Virus record (IMG/VR): IMGVR_UViG_3300027797_000021 | Coordinates: 1 to 64,000 of that record | Reading direction: 5' to 3' (one strand) | Length of the DNA: 64,000 bases | From: a virus | Part shown: piece by piece, positions 7,456 to 17,915 of the stretch | How positions within the stretch are numbered: position 1 is the first letter of the stretch | How the letters are laid out: every line of letters begins with the position of its first letter | Made by a program: the position numbers and the translations under genes | The notes under the pieces: model-generated | Seen by the model: the letters and a program-made list of their open reading frames with translations, nothing else | Databases searched by the model: none | What the model was told of the DNA's origin: nothing

Positions 7456-10400
7456 TTTGTTTCTCCATTCTAATAATTTCTTCTATAATACTTTTAACTC
7501 TTTCGGATGTATTATTTTTAAAGTTATAAATAAACTTATGTACACCGTCTTCTACCTGTAAGTAGACAGGCTTATCACCTTTTGACGATTCAATTATATC
7601 ATATATTTTTTGAATAGTTAAGGGCGAGATACTTTTATCTATATCAAATACTAAAGCTTTTCCACTAGAAAATATATGTGAATCTATTTTCTCTGAATTA
7701 TTATAAAACAATCTTACAATAGAACCCTCTTCGTCACTTTCCTTATTCACGGATCCTGACATAATAAATATGTCTCCCTTAGAAAATGGTTCTTCACCCA
7801 GCTGTTTGGCGGAGTTAGGGAATATGACAATTTCTATATCTGAAGATATGTCCTCCAGTAAGACCTTATACATCTTAGTTCCCTTTTTTGTAATTATAGT
7901 TTTTACGTCTGTTACAATTCCCCCAACTCTTACTGGAGTCCCATTTGCAACTTCGACTAAATCAATAATTTCGTAATCAATCTTCTTAGACAATATATCC
8001 CATATGCCGTTAACCGGGTGATCCGTTACGTACATCCCAAGTTCTTCTTTTTCTTTTTCTAGAAGTTCTATTTCTTGTATTCTGTTAATTTCTAGATCAT
8101 CCCTATAGTCAAATAACTCATCAAAAGCTCCAGCACTTGCGAGATGTTCTAGTGTTGTTTTCTTAAGCGTTGAAGGATCACATCTTCTAAAAAAATCATA
8201 TATGCTAGTGTATGGAAGACTTAAATCTCGAGCATTAACTATTGCATCTGCAATGGAGACACCTATTCCATTTACTGCAGACAGGCCAAAAACAATTCCG
8301 CTATCTCCGTCAACTTCAAAGTCAATTCCAGAATAATTAACTGATGGAGGAAGTACATTTATTCCTAACTTTCTACAGTCTGCTAGGTAAAAGGATTGCT
8401 TTTCTTTATTGCCGACTACTGAGGACATTAGTGCTGCCATATATTCAACTGTATAGTTACTCTTTAGATAGGCAGTAACATAGCTAATCATGGCGTAGCT
8501 AGCTGCGTGCGCTCTGTTAAATCCGTATCCTCCGAAGTATTCAATATCTGAGAATATTTTATTAGCTAAAGATTCACTTAGTCCAGATGTTTTTTGACAG
8601 CCTTCTACGAATTTTGAGCGTATGCTTGCAATTTTATCCATTAGCTTTTTACCGATAACTTTTCTAAGATCGTCAGCTTCAGCTGAAGTAAAACCAGCTA
8701 GTTCTCTTGCCACTCCCAATACGTCCTCTTGATACAGCATAATGCCGAGCGAAGGCGCTAGAACCTTTTCTAGTTTTTCATGCTCGTATTTAACTTTACT
8801 ACGACCGTGCTTTCTATCGATATACTCCTTGTCCATTCCGGAACCCATTGGACCAGGTCTATATAGGGATATTAGGGCCATGATGTCTTCAACATTGCGC
8901 GGCTGTAGCTGCATCATCAGCTGTCTCATCCCAGATGATTCAAGCTGGAACACTCCTGCGCAGTTACCCTTGCAGAGCTCATCGTAAGTCCTACTGTCGT
9001 CTAAGGGAATTAGATCTATGTCTATATCTATACCCCTATGCTTAAGGACTAACTTAACGCATGAATCAATAACACCAAGATTTCTAAGTCCAAGGAAGTC
9101 AATTTTGAGAAGTCCACATTGCTCAACTCTTCCCATATCCCATTGGGTGACTAACGGATTGTCCACACCCTTTTTCATTACTGGAAGATACTCAGTGAGA
9201 GCTTCACGAGAAATAACAATTCCAGCAGCGTGAATTCCAGTTTGTCTAACCAGTCCCTCTAATCCAAAAGCTGCGTCAATAATATTTTTAGCTGTTGAAT
9301 CTTTATTGTAAAGTTGATTGAAATCTTCAACGTCCATACATTCAGATAGACTCTTGGACACACCAAGAATGGGAGGTGGAACTAACTTTGCAACTGAGTC
9401 ACCAGTATTGAAGTCATGCCCTAGAGCTCTTGCAGCATCTCTGATTGACTGTCTGGCACCGCTTCTATTGAATGTGCAGATGTGTGCAACATGGTCAGAT
9501 CCATATTTTAATCTGGCGTAGTTAATGACTTCATCTCGATGTCTATCATCAAAGTCGAGGTCGATGTCGGGCATGGACTTTCTTCCCTCAACCAAAAATC
9601 GTTCAAACATTAAACCAAATTTAATAGGATCAAGATTGGTAATTTTAAATGCGTATGACAGAATACTTCCAGCAGCCGACCCTCTACCCCATCCGACTCT
9701 AATGTGATTATCTTTAGCCCAATTTACTAAATCAGAAACAACCAAGAAATATTCTGGGAAGCCCATATCCTTTACGACTCTCATTTCATAGAGAGCTCTG
9801 TCCACAATGTGTTGCGGAAGTGGGTCGCCATATCTTTCCTTTAATCCGCTCCACGCTAATCTCTCAAAATAATCTATAGAAGATTCACTTGTCGGAATAG
9901 GAAAGTTAGGAAAATAAATATTTCCAAAATTAAGATTAACATCTACCATGTCACATACGTCCATGGTATTTTTTAGCCACTCCGAATTAAATCTTCTTTC
10001 CATATCGTCATAGGATTGCAGATAAAACTCATCGCCACTAAAGGAGAATCTATTAGGAGTGTTAACGTTTGCGTTAGTGGCTACACATAGCATGATGTCG
10101 TGTGCTCTAGCGTCATGCTGATGCACATAGTGGCAGTCGCCACTGGGAACAACTTTAGCGCCAATGATAGATGCAATTTCGATTAGTTGATTAAATACTT
10201 TTCTTTGCTCAGATAGACCATGATCCTGAATCTCAATAAAGTAATTTTCTTTTCCTACAATATCTTGCATCTTTTTAGCCGACGCTAGTGCGTAGTTAAA
10301 ATCATCTCTCAATAAAGCTTGAGACACTTCTCCATTAAGGCACCCAGACAAAACAATAATGCCGTCAGAGTGTTCCGATATGAGATCATGATCGACTCTT

Positions 10401-10783
10401 GGCTTAACATAATAGCCTTCAAGAAAAGATCTAGAAGACATTTTAATTATATTATTATACCCGGCATTATTCTTAGCCAAAATAGTTATGTGATAAGGCC
10501 CTCTTTGCTCCCACTCGTTCTTAGCTGGGCCTGATCTTTCTTCTGGGTCTTTATCAAATCTTGTTTTTCTAGCTTGATAAAATTCAGAACCTAGAATTGG
10601 CTTAACTCCAGTGGCTACTCCAGCGTCATAGAAATCTAACCATGAATGGATATTGCCATGATCGGTAGTCGCTAGACCCTTCATCCCAAGGGACTGCGCT
10701 CTATCTAAGTACTGCTCTATCCGACCATGACCATCCAACATGGAGTAAACCGTATGGTTATGTAAGTTTGTCCAATTTTTCAC
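7448..10783 (-). CDS. dnaE: DNA polymerase III alpha subunit (intact PHP domain, no intein)
   Basis: HNHTVYSMLDG, TDHGN, GRGSAAGS, MPDIDLDF, KIDFLGL, GFNRAHA, C-terminal OB fold. Confidence 0.98.
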   Translation of the reverse strand: MKNWTNLHNHTVYSMLDGHGRIEQYLDRAQSLGMKGLATTDHGNIHSWLDFYDAGVATGVKPILGSEFYQARKTRFDKDPEERSGPAKNEWEQRGPYHITILAKNNAGYNNIIKMSSRSFLEGYYVKPRVDHDLISEHSDGIIVLSGCLNGEVSQALLRDDFNYALASAKKMQDIVGKENYFIEIQDHGLSEQRKVFNQLIEIASIIGAKVVPSGDCHYVHQHDARAHDIMLCVATNANVNTPNRFSFSGDEFYLQSYDDMERRFNSEWLKNTMDVCDMVDVNLNFGNIYFPNFPIPTSESSIDYFERLAWSGLKERYGDPLPQHIVDRALYEMRVVKDMGFPEYFLVVSDLVNWAKDNHIRVGWGRGSAAGSILSYAFKITNLDPIKFGLMFERFLVEGRKSMPDIDLDFDDRHRDEVINYARLKYGSDHVAHICTFNRSGARQSIRDAARALGHDFNTGDSVAKLVPPPILGVSKSLSECMDVEDFNQLYNKDSTAKNIIDAAFGLEGLVRQTGIHAAGIVISREALTEYLPVMKKGVDNPLVTQWDMGRVEQCGLLKIDFLGLRNLGVIDSCVKLVLKHRGIDIDIDLIPLDDSRTYDELCKGNCAGVFQLESSGMRQLMMQLQPRNVEDIMALISLYRPGPMGSGMDKEYIDRKHGRSKVKYEHEKLEKVLAPSLGIMLYQEDVLGVARELAGFTSAEADDLRKVIGKKLMDKIASIRSKFVEGCQKTSGLSESLANKIFSDIEYFGGYGFNRAHAASYAMISYVTAYLKSNYTVEYMAALMSSVVGNKEKQSFYLADCRKLGINVLPPSVNYSGIDFEVDGDSGIVFGLSAVNGIGVSIADAIVNARDLSLPYTSIYDFFRRCDPSTLKKTTLEHLASAGAFDELFDYRDDLEINRIQEIELLEKEKEELGMYVTDHPVNGIWDILSKKIDYEIIDLVEVANGTPVRVGGIVTDVKTIITKKGTKMYKVLLEDISSDIEIVIFPNSAKQLGEEPFSKGDIFIMSGSVNKESDEEGSIVRLFYNNSEKIDSHIFSSGKALVFDIDKSISPLTIQKIYDIIESSKGDKPVYLQVEDGVHKFIYNFKNNTSERVKSIIEEIIRMEKQNV

Positions 10784-10989
10784 TAGATTCCTCTACTTTT
10801 ATCTGAACCATCTAAGGCTCTATTTCTTGTTTGACGATAAGTAATAATGACTACTCCACCACAAAACTTACAAGGCACTGACTTTCCCTCTTGGGCAAAT
10901 GGACTATTGTACATATACTTTTCGGGTTGATCTGATTTACATTCAGAACAAACACCAATAACTTCGTCTTCTTCATTGTTCTCTTCCAT
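10783..10989 (-). CDS. Small zinc-ribbon protein
   Basis: CSEC...CKFCGG; GGAGG RBS. Confidence 0.7.
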   Translation of the reverse strand: MEENNEEDEVIGVCSECKSDQPEKYMYNSPFAQEGKSVPCKFCGGVVIITYRQTRNRALDGSDKSRGI

Positions 10990-12184
10990 GTTCACCTCCC
11001 TTGCTGAGAGCTGTATAGGCAAATCTGATCGGGGATGGGGCAGATTGCTCTTGAGTTTCCATAAATTTGTCTCCTATTTTTACCCATTTATTTCTTTTAT
11101 CTAGAGAGCATTGGCCGCATCCTACTCCGGCTGCATTTGCTCTTTCGCAGGTATAGGGTCTTCCGCCTATTCCTAGATTTCTTCTTTTGACCCAATCATT
11201 AATATGACTGTTGGTTTTCTCCACATTATAATCGTCACAGTTACTTAGTATGCCGTGCAGAAATTCAATAGATTCCTGATTATATGTTAGAATTGAACAT
11301 AGGAATAGCCTAGCTTCATGTTCTAAGAACTTACTATCAATTGCTTGTTGCCATAGTCTCTTAATGGCGGAACAGCTTTCTAATAATCTTTTTGGAGTAA
11401 AGTCTTTTTCTTTTTCCTCTACCGTCTTAAAGGCAGATGACCCATGCCTATTAAAGTATCCAATAAAATCTTTAGATCTTTCTTTATCTATTTCTAAGTT
11501 ATATGTAAACTCCCTAAACCATTCGTTTGCTCTAGCATTAAACGATTGTTCTTGTATTATATTTTCTGACTGCTCTTTGCAGTACTCTAGCACGTCAGCA
11601 ATTCCCATATTTAATACCTCAAGTGGAATTATATTTTTGTAGAGACCAGTATCTTGGTGCCGACTTCCTTGCAGTCTCCACATTCTTCTTGCGTCATATA
11701 CGCTAAAGTCTAAAGAGGTAAGGCTAAGCTTTTCCTTTAGGGAAGTAGCAATGAATCTAAATATATTTGGAAGATTATTGGAAGGACTTATACCTAAAGT
11801 GACAGCTTCGCATTCAATGTGAAATCCCTTTTTCCCCGTAAAGTAAACTATTATTGCGGATTGCGGAATGTACTGCAAAAGGTACTTATAGAGTTTTACA
11901 CACTCTACGTAGGATATCTCTTGGTCCTTGTTGTCAATGTCAAAATATAAAGAGCCTAGTCTAACTGCTTCTTCTAGGTCTTGAGAATTGTAAGACCACA
12001 CAGATGTATATAGTCCTGTGTTTTGATTCTCTGCTCTAAAAGACTCAATATTATTGACCTCTATTAGGATTGGCTTATCACCATTCTTGGAGCGTATTAC
12101 CTTAGAGAGGGAGGGCACGTACTTGGCTATCTCTACATACTTCCAAGAAGACAAATATTTAGAGTCATCATCTGGTATTCTCAT
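10973..12184 (-). CDS. Archaeo-eukaryotic primase (PriS-like catalytic domain) fused to a PriL-like Fe-S domain
   Basis: YFDID, FTGKKGFH, DARRMWRL; C-terminal C...LEHEARLFL...YTCE...CGQC. Confidence 0.82.
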   Translation of the reverse strand: MRIPDDDSKYLSSWKYVEIAKYVPSLSKVIRSKNGDKPILIEVNNIESFRAENQNTGLYTSVWSYNSQDLEEAVRLGSLYFDIDNKDQEISYVECVKLYKYLLQYIPQSAIIVYFTGKKGFHIECEAVTLGISPSNNLPNIFRFIATSLKEKLSLTSLDFSVYDARRMWRLQGSRHQDTGLYKNIIPLEVLNMGIADVLEYCKEQSENIIQEQSFNARANEWFREFTYNLEIDKERSKDFIGYFNRHGSSAFKTVEEKEKDFTPKRLLESCSAIKRLWQQAIDSKFLEHEARLFLCSILTYNQESIEFLHGILSNCDDYNVEKTNSHINDWVKRRNLGIGGRPYTCERANAAGVGCGQCSLDKRNKWVKIGDKFMETQEQSAPSPIRFAYTALSKGGEHGREQ

Positions 12185-12333
12185 AGTATTTTAGCTTTAC
12201 CCTCTTCGCAATTAATGTCAATCGTGGCTATTTTTTCTTCTATAATACTGCCAGAATGTGACCTATAGTAAATGGACTCTTTTATTATATCATCTAGGTG
12301 CGACAGAATAAACATCCTATTAACTATTCTCAT
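12181..12333 (-). CDS. Small hypothetical protein
   Basis: Fills the gap; ATGA overlap with primase. Confidence 0.5.
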   Translation of the reverse strand: MRIVNRMFILSHLDDIIKESIYYRSHSGSIIEEKIATIDINCEEGKAKIL

Positions 12334-12337
12334 TTGT

Positions 12338-13012
12338 TTATTTCGAAGACTTTCTCCACTGCTCATTCATTAACTCGCTATCTTCAATAACATTGTGAAT
12401 TTTACTTGCAACGTTGTCTGCTATGTGAACTATATAGTCCATATATGTTATAGGGCAGGTCTCTGGAACTGGAGACCAGGGACCAAGGTGACATCTTACC
12501 AGGCGCAAAATGGTTTGCGCCACATCTTCTGCGATAAAGAGACTGGTGGACTGAGAATCATTGCCGTATTCTTTATCATGCGCTTGACACTTGGATATAA
12601 AATTACCAACCGTATAAGGATGCATCGGATCGTAATTAAATGAGGTTGAGTCCTCGGAAACAATTCCCTTTGTTATGTCATGCAGTATGCATGCTGCGAT
12701 GATTATATCTCTTTCATCCTCTGACAGTGAATACGAATCACATAATATAGAGGCCACTCTGACTACACGCTTAGTGTGAAGAACGTTGCCTCCGGCATTA
12801 TGTTCGTCCGGCGGATGATATTTCCCAGAAAAACTAGATGGTATATTCCAAAAGATCTCTGCCTTAAGTAGAATTGATCGAATAAAAGACGCTATTGAGT
12901 CATCGTTGATTAAATTAATTTCATTTAAAAGTTCAGATAAAACTTCATTCTCATTAGAGATAATATCACTTTTATCTTCTTTTAGTATTTCATCTAATAT
13001 ATTTTTTGCCAT
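12338..13012 (-). CDS. HD-domain phosphohydrolase
   Basis: KYH, LHT, ILHD, HP, CHLG, HIAD motifs. Confidence 0.88.
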   Translation of the reverse strand: MAKNILDEILKEDKSDIISNENEVLSELLNEINLINDDSIASFIRSILLKAEIFWNIPSSFSGKYHPPDEHNAGGNVLHTKRVVRVASILCDSYSLSEDERDIIIAACILHDITKGIVSEDSTSFNYDPMHPYTVGNFISKCQAHDKEYGNDSQSTSLFIAEDVAQTILRLVRCHLGPWSPVPETCPITYMDYIVHIADNVASKIHNVIEDSELMNEQWRKSSK

Positions 13013-13791
13013 TATTTCCATCCATTCCATTTTGAGCAAGGAGCATCGAATGGACACTTCTTGCAATATTGTGTTAAACCTCTTCGCGGAACAAAGACCT
13101 CTTTAGATTCTATGGAGTCACACCAGTATTCTATCGAATCTATGTCCTGTTGATTTATTTCATATTCATTAAATGATAAATTGTTAGATAATAAATCTAT
13201 ATATCCAAACTTGGTATTTTTTATTTTAGCTGGATGTAAGTTTTTAAATGCGAGATACATAGCTGCAAAATCCATTTGATATATATGTCGGTAATTATTT
13301 TTGTAATTAAACATTAATTTAACTACATAATTTTCATTGTCTTTTCTATATATAACATCAAACTTATCTTCTATTCTGACGTTATTGTTGATTGTAATAA
13401 TATAGTCATCATAGATAGACAAAGGTATTAGATCCGTTTGACTATATGTTTCATGAAATCTCAATAATAATCCGGCTGCCTGTGTTGTAAGGCTGGCTGC
13501 ATTGCCATAGGCACTCTCGTGCTTTTCTGTAGCTATATCATAGTGACTAGTATCTTTTGGAAACCAAATCTTTTCCCATCTGTTTAACAGGGAGGCGTAT
13601 GACGGAGTAATTCCACCTTGTTTCTTGAACCAAAAAAAATGTATAATGCTTTTTATTGTTGCTTCAAATTTAGTAGTGTATATATCTCTAGAGTAGATAG
13701 TTTCTGGAAGCTTTTCTACATACCTATAATCATATAGTCTTTCACATGTCTGAAAATCTTTAATCGAATTTACATTAAGGTTGATCATCAA
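13012..13791 (-). CDS. RecB/Cas4-like PD-(D/E)XK-fold protein, apparently catalytically degenerate
   Basis: N-terminal S...F..CERLY and C-terminal CKKCPF..C are kept, but the D-x-K motif is replaced by KLMF. Confidence 0.7.
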   Translation of the reverse strand: MMINLNVNSIKDFQTCERLYDYRYVEKLPETIYSRDIYTTKFEATIKSIIHFFWFKKQGGITPSYASLLNRWEKIWFPKDTSHYDIATEKHESAYGNAASLTTQAAGLLLRFHETYSQTDLIPLSIYDDYIITINNNVRIEDKFDVIYRKDNENYVVKLMFNYKNNYRHIYQMDFAAMYLAFKNLHPAKIKNTKFGYIDLLSNNLSFNEYEINQQDIDSIEYWCDSIESKEVFVPRRGLTQYCKKCPFDAPCSKWNGWK

Positions 13792-15251
13792 TCAAATCCT
13801 TCTCCACTTAATAGGTTTTGTAGGTCTGTTTCATCTGAATATGAATCCTTAGAAACGTGCTCATATTCTTCATATATTTTCTTTGCATCGTTGTATCTAA
13901 CTAGAGGCGGATCATACATAAATGCAGATCCTGTAATTCTATTCTTGGGTATCTGCAATTGCATTACGTGTTCATCTTCAGTTTCATCATTTGATGCTAA
14001 ACGTTTTTCTGTAATGAAAATAGTTACTGCGCACTTTTGCTGAATAGCGAGAGATCCACCAGTGTCTGATTGTTGAACAACTTCTCTTTTTTCTTTCATT
14101 CTATTTGAGTTTTCCTGTGCAGTAATAATTAGAGCGCAGTTCATATCTCTGGCTAGCTTTTCTAAGCGAACCATCATCTCTTCAAATTCACCCCAACGTG
14201 GCTTACCTTTTCCTGCACCTCTCGTAAACATTGATTGTATTGTGTCGATAATTAAAACATCTGGAATTTTATCCCCATGACCTATTAAGTCTCTTAGCCA
14301 AAGTTCAAGATCCTCGAAGTAAGGTGTGTCCGGATCATGGCGAACCATTAAACGATCCCCCCATTCCTCAAGCTTCGCCTTAAACTGATTTAGGTACCCT
14401 TGCTTTTCAGTCTCTGTCCATTTGTCTGATTCTGAATAAACATTCTTACCAATAATTTGGGTCATCAATATTCTTTCCCAGTGGCCAGTAGCTTCTTCAA
14501 AGTTTACAAAAAGAACCCTATGCCCAGTGTCTAACCAATGATTGGCTAGGCACTTTGCGAAGGTACTCTTACCCTTGCCGGAGGCAGCTATGATTGCGTG
14601 TACAGCGCCCTTAAAGAAGCCTCCCTCGTCAGTGTACCCCATTGCTCTATTGAGCGATTTAAACTGGGTAGACATGAAGTTCGGGATATCCAAGAGGCCA
14701 TCGACTCTTGCCAGAATATCATTGGCGGTTGTTAATTTGTCTAACGGATTATATTTAATTGAACTTTCTAGTTCTTTAATCTGAGATGTAACTTCGGAAA
14801 TTCTATCTACATCTTCTATTGACTTTAAGCCTTTTTTATTTAGAAGTAGTTGCAGCTCGTGTAAGTAATTTATTTGCTTACGCTTATTAGCCTTATGTTT
14901 AAGTAGCTCTAACACAGATTCTCTACTAGGCGTATCTACGCTTAAGATGTAATCCAGCATGATTGATATGCCAGCTCCTCCGCCTAGGGCGGAATAAATA
15001 TCTGTTTCAGTTTCTAGCCAAGATTTAAAAGCTATTGAATCAACTATGTCTAGATTGGTAGCCCTATGAAAAGATAATAAAGCTTCATAGAATTCATGAG
15101 TTCCTTTTTCACCATGTATCAGTCCAACTATATCAGTAGGTAAATTGTCGTTAAAAAAAGCTATTGCCCCATGTTCTTTTAGACATAGGGCAAAGGCCTG
15201 ATACTCTAACGGTGAATTTTCTGACTCAGAGATTTCTTCTATTGTCATCAA
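13788..15251 (-). CDS. dnaB: Replicative DNA helicase, DnaB-like (SF4)
   Basis: AASGKGKST Walker A, NFEE, IIDTIQ, TAQ, KNR. Confidence 0.88.
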   Translation of the reverse strand: MMTIEEISESENSPLEYQAFALCLKEHGAIAFFNDNLPTDIVGLIHGEKGTHEFYEALLSFHRATNLDIVDSIAFKSWLETETDIYSALGGGAGISIMLDYILSVDTPSRESVLELLKHKANKRKQINYLHELQLLLNKKGLKSIEDVDRISEVTSQIKELESSIKYNPLDKLTTANDILARVDGLLDIPNFMSTQFKSLNRAMGYTDEGGFFKGAVHAIIAASGKGKSTFAKCLANHWLDTGHRVLFVNFEEATGHWERILMTQIIGKNVYSESDKWTETEKQGYLNQFKAKLEEWGDRLMVRHDPDTPYFEDLELWLRDLIGHGDKIPDVLIIDTIQSMFTRGAGKGKPRWGEFEEMMVRLEKLARDMNCALIITAQENSNRMKEKREVVQQSDTGGSLAIQQKCAVTIFITEKRLASNDETEDEHVMQLQIPKNRITGSAFMYDPPLVRYNDAKKIYEEYEHVSKDSYSDETDLQNLLSGEGFD

Positions 15252-15882
15252 TTTTAGAACCTTTTATTTTTCTGTATAGACTTTTTCTATACTCAGAGTT
15301 TTTCTTTTTTGCTTCGTTGTAGAATGGATTATCTGTAAGTGATTTTTTTTGTTTCTTATCAGAGATATAATCACTGGACCTAATTGCCTCCAGCATTCTA
15401 TTATACACGCTGTCTTCAGTTAGGGAGTCGTTATAGCGAAAAACTATTAGAGCAATACCGTTATCTTTACAGTATTCGACTTTCTTTTCATCTCTCTTTT
15501 GGGCTTCTTCAAACTCATATTTAGATTCAAAAAATCTACTGGTGTAAAAAAAATGCTGACGTCCATGATATTCTGCCGCCAACTTATACGAGGGACAGTA
15601 AACATCAAATCTTAGCCTATCATCAATGTGATATTCATTTACTATTTCTTCACCTGGAAGGATCTTTTGCATGATCTGAGTTAGAGCTGTCTGACCTCTA
15701 GACATTTTTTTTCTAGATTCTTTCAACCAAGATAAACCTAATTGATTTATCTTTTTGTTGACTTCATTAACTGAGACATCTAGCTCTCTAGCTATTGCAC
15801 TAATTGATAAGCTTGTCTCTAGTAAGAGATCGATCAAAAACTGTACATCATCTTCTTCTAGTTTATTCTTTTTATCTTTCAT
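15226..15882 (-). CDS. HTH plus Vsr/DUF559-like endonuclease
   Basis: SISAIARELDVS HTH; LRFDVY..KLAAEYHGRQH..QKRDEKK..C..NGIALI. Confidence 0.75.
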   Translation of the reverse strand: MKDKKNKLEEDDVQFLIDLLLETSLSISAIARELDVSVNEVNKKINQLGLSWLKESRKKMSRGQTALTQIMQKILPGEEIVNEYHIDDRLRFDVYCPSYKLAAEYHGRQHFFYTSRFFESKYEFEEAQKRDEKKVEYCKDNGIALIVFRYNDSLTEDSVYNRMLEAIRSSDYISDKKQKKSLTDNPFYNEAKKKNSEYRKSLYRKIKGSKIDDNRRNL

Positions 15883-16520
15883 GCTACTGGCTGAGGATAT
15901 GTAACCTTGCTCAAACTAAGTGTTTTGCCAAAATCTATGGTTGACATATTTAAGTTCTCCCATATTTTTGACATTAAAGCTAGACCTAATACTCCACAGT
16001 CCATAATGCAATAGTCAACTCCGCCTTCAAACTCTGCGAGTTGTGCATATATGCTATCAATTTTTTCATAATAATTAGTATAAGCTACGTTGATGATGTG
16101 AGTATTGTTTCCAAAGTGTTTTTGAATTATCTTTTTATCATGAAAAGTAATAACAACACTAGGTGTATTCTTAATGTAATAATTGACTGTTGAATTATAT
16201 ATCTCTTTATTATTCATGTAATAATATTCAAAGATATTAGAATAGTAATACTCTCCATTTTTATGGAGGCCTATCTTATAATGCTTACCGTCTTCGATGT
16301 CAGATACTAGCGAATGTGAAATTGCTTTCATTACATTTGGATCTGTATTCTTTAATGATGAGACTACGCTCTTTGCAAAATGACTTGGAAAAGAATTGTC
16401 CGAGTTTTTACTTAGGGCAATTATTGCTGATTTAGGAACATTGATGTATGAAAATTTTTTCTTCTTTTCCATAGCTGATGTTAAGTTGATGATGGACTGT
16501 GCTTGATTTAAAAATGTCAT
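15879..16520 (-). CDS. GT-D-fold (DUF1792-like) glycosyltransferase domain protein
   Basis: C-terminal IMDCGVLG.AL...IW....STIDFGK resembles the GT-D signature; adjacent to a GT2 gene. Confidence 0.55.
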   Translation of the reverse strand: MTFLNQAQSIINLTSAMEKKKKFSYINVPKSAIIALSKNSDNSFPSHFAKSVVSSLKNTDPNVMKAISHSLVSDIEDGKHYKIGLHKNGEYYYSNIFEYYYMNNKEIYNSTVNYYIKNTPSVVITFHDKKIIQKHFGNNTHIINVAYTNYYEKIDSIYAQLAEFEGGVDYCIMDCGVLGLALMSKIWENLNMSTIDFGKTLSLSKVTYPQPVA

Positions 16521-16529
16521 ATTTTCCTA

Positions 16530-17222
16530 TTAAATTCCAAATGTTCCCCAGTCAATTAAGACTGGGTTACTGTCCAATATTGAGTTGATATGGCCAAGAT
16601 TATGAAACTCTCCGCCATCTATTTCTGTATATCTTTCATGCTTTATTTGCTTATCTTCATCTAAGATATAACCTAGATGTTGCATTACTAGCTTAGAGTC
16701 TTTCCAAAAGTTACCTTGTCTCATCCAATCAACTACATAGGTAGGTTCTGAACCGCAAGCCAATTTTTTATTTGCAAATCCGCCACCCTCTACAAATCTA
16801 AAAATTCTAGAGCTATTGTTTGGCGCCCAAAGCTTGTCTACTCGATATTGATTTTCATTCCACATATGATAAAATCTTACGTTAACTACATCCTGTGGAG
16901 ATTGACTCAGTACTGTTCTAATGTCAATATTTTCCAAATGAAAAAGCTTTTCATCACAGTCAATTGCAACAATCCAATCACCTTTTTTGGCGAACTTTTC
17001 CATATTGCCCCAGGCATATGCTCGAAGCTTAGCTTCGTGGACCTTAAAGAGTGGCTCTGGTGACTGAAAAACTTCTGCGTACTTTGCAGCTATTTCAGGA
17101 GTATTATCAGTAGAGCAGTCGTCTGTGAAAATAATTTTGTCAACTTGACTGCTAAGTTTTTGAAGAACATCTTCTAAAAATCTAGAAGATTCATTGCGGC
17201 CTATCATTTGTGCATAAATCAT
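16530..17222 (-). CDS. Glycosyltransferase family 2
   Basis: RNES, DDCSTDNT, IDCDE (DxD), HLGY. Confidence 0.88.
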   Translation of the reverse strand: MIYAQMIGRNESSRFLEDVLQKLSSQVDKIIFTDDCSTDNTPEIAAKYAEVFQSPEPLFKVHEAKLRAYAWGNMEKFAKKGDWIVAIDCDEKLFHLENIDIRTVLSQSPQDVVNVRFYHMWNENQYRVDKLWAPNNSSRIFRFVEGGGFANKKLACGSEPTYVVDWMRQGNFWKDSKLVMQHLGYILDEDKQIKHERYTEIDGGEFHNLGHINSILDSNPVLIDWGTFGI

Positions 17223-17237
17223 TATTGTCCTAAGGGT

Positions 17238-17273
17238 AAAAAAGATTGAGGGGAGAGATCCCCCCCTCAATCT
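17238..17273 (-). terminator. Rho-independent terminator
   Basis: AGATTGAGGGG...CCCCTCAATCT followed by a T-run on the minus strand. Confidence 0.8.
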
Positions 17274-17299
17274 AAATTGAATACGATACGAAAGTTATT

Positions 17300-17494
17300 T
17301 CAGTTGACTAGTTGTTCGCGAGCTTCAATGGCAGAAATTCGCTCGATCTCTACATCGCTGCAGATGAGTTCTCCGGAAATACCAGAAGTACGACGACCGT
17401 TGCTCATTGCAATTCTTTGAGCTTCAGCCTTATTGTTTGCTTTAACTACTGATGTTGTTGTTACTGTGAAATACTTGAACTTATTTTCTGACAT
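17300..17494 (-). CDS. Small hypothetical protein
   Basis: AAGGA RBS; V.A.N..EA...A motif typical of small phage proteins. Confidence 0.7.
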   Translation of the reverse strand: MSENKFKYFTVTTTSVVKANNKAEAQRIAMSNGRRTSGISGELICSDVEIERISAIEAREQLVN

Positions 17495-17510
17495 TTTAGT
17501 CCTTTCTAGA

Positions 17511-17915
17511 CTATTTTGATGGATAATTGACTGCGATATATTCTATCGCATCTTGCATTGATGGTGCAAGCTTTGTTGCCATGTATTTTAGATAGACTCT
17601 ATTTTTATTGGAGTCACAGCAGAAGACAACTGCTGGCTGATTGTTGAATTTAGCCCAAGCCAACTCAAAGTCAGTACCTATATACGCGCGATCTTGTAAC
17701 ATATACTCTACCAGAATGATATCTGCTCTGCGTTGCATGAACAAATTTTTCTCAACAATTTCTTCTGGTTCCTGATAGCCTACGTCTACAATACTCATTG
17801 GATCCAACACGTCATAGCCTGCAAGGTGCAAAGCTCTTGTTGCAGACTTGCGCCAAAAACGACCATAATCTTCAACGCCCTCAATTGCTCCGGAAAGAAA
17901 TACTTTAAGAGGCAT
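17511..17915 (-). CDS. Nucleoside 2-deoxyribosyltransferase / nucleotide N-hydrolase-like protein
   Basis: KVFLSGAI, VLDP, ADIILV, GTDFELAWA. Confidence 0.78.
   Translation of the reverse strand: MPLKVFLSGAIEGVEDYGRFWRKSATRALHLAGYDVLDPMSIVDVGYQEPEEIVEKNLFMQRRADIILVEYMLQDRAYIGTDFELAWAKFNNQPAVVFCCDSNKNRVYLKYMATKLAPSMQDAIEYIAVNYPSK

Noticed and set aside
10973-13012. Z-genome (DatZ/PurZ) system from HD plus primase adjacency
   Set aside because: No PurZ or MazZ in the window, and the HD protein looks like a generic phage HD hydrolase
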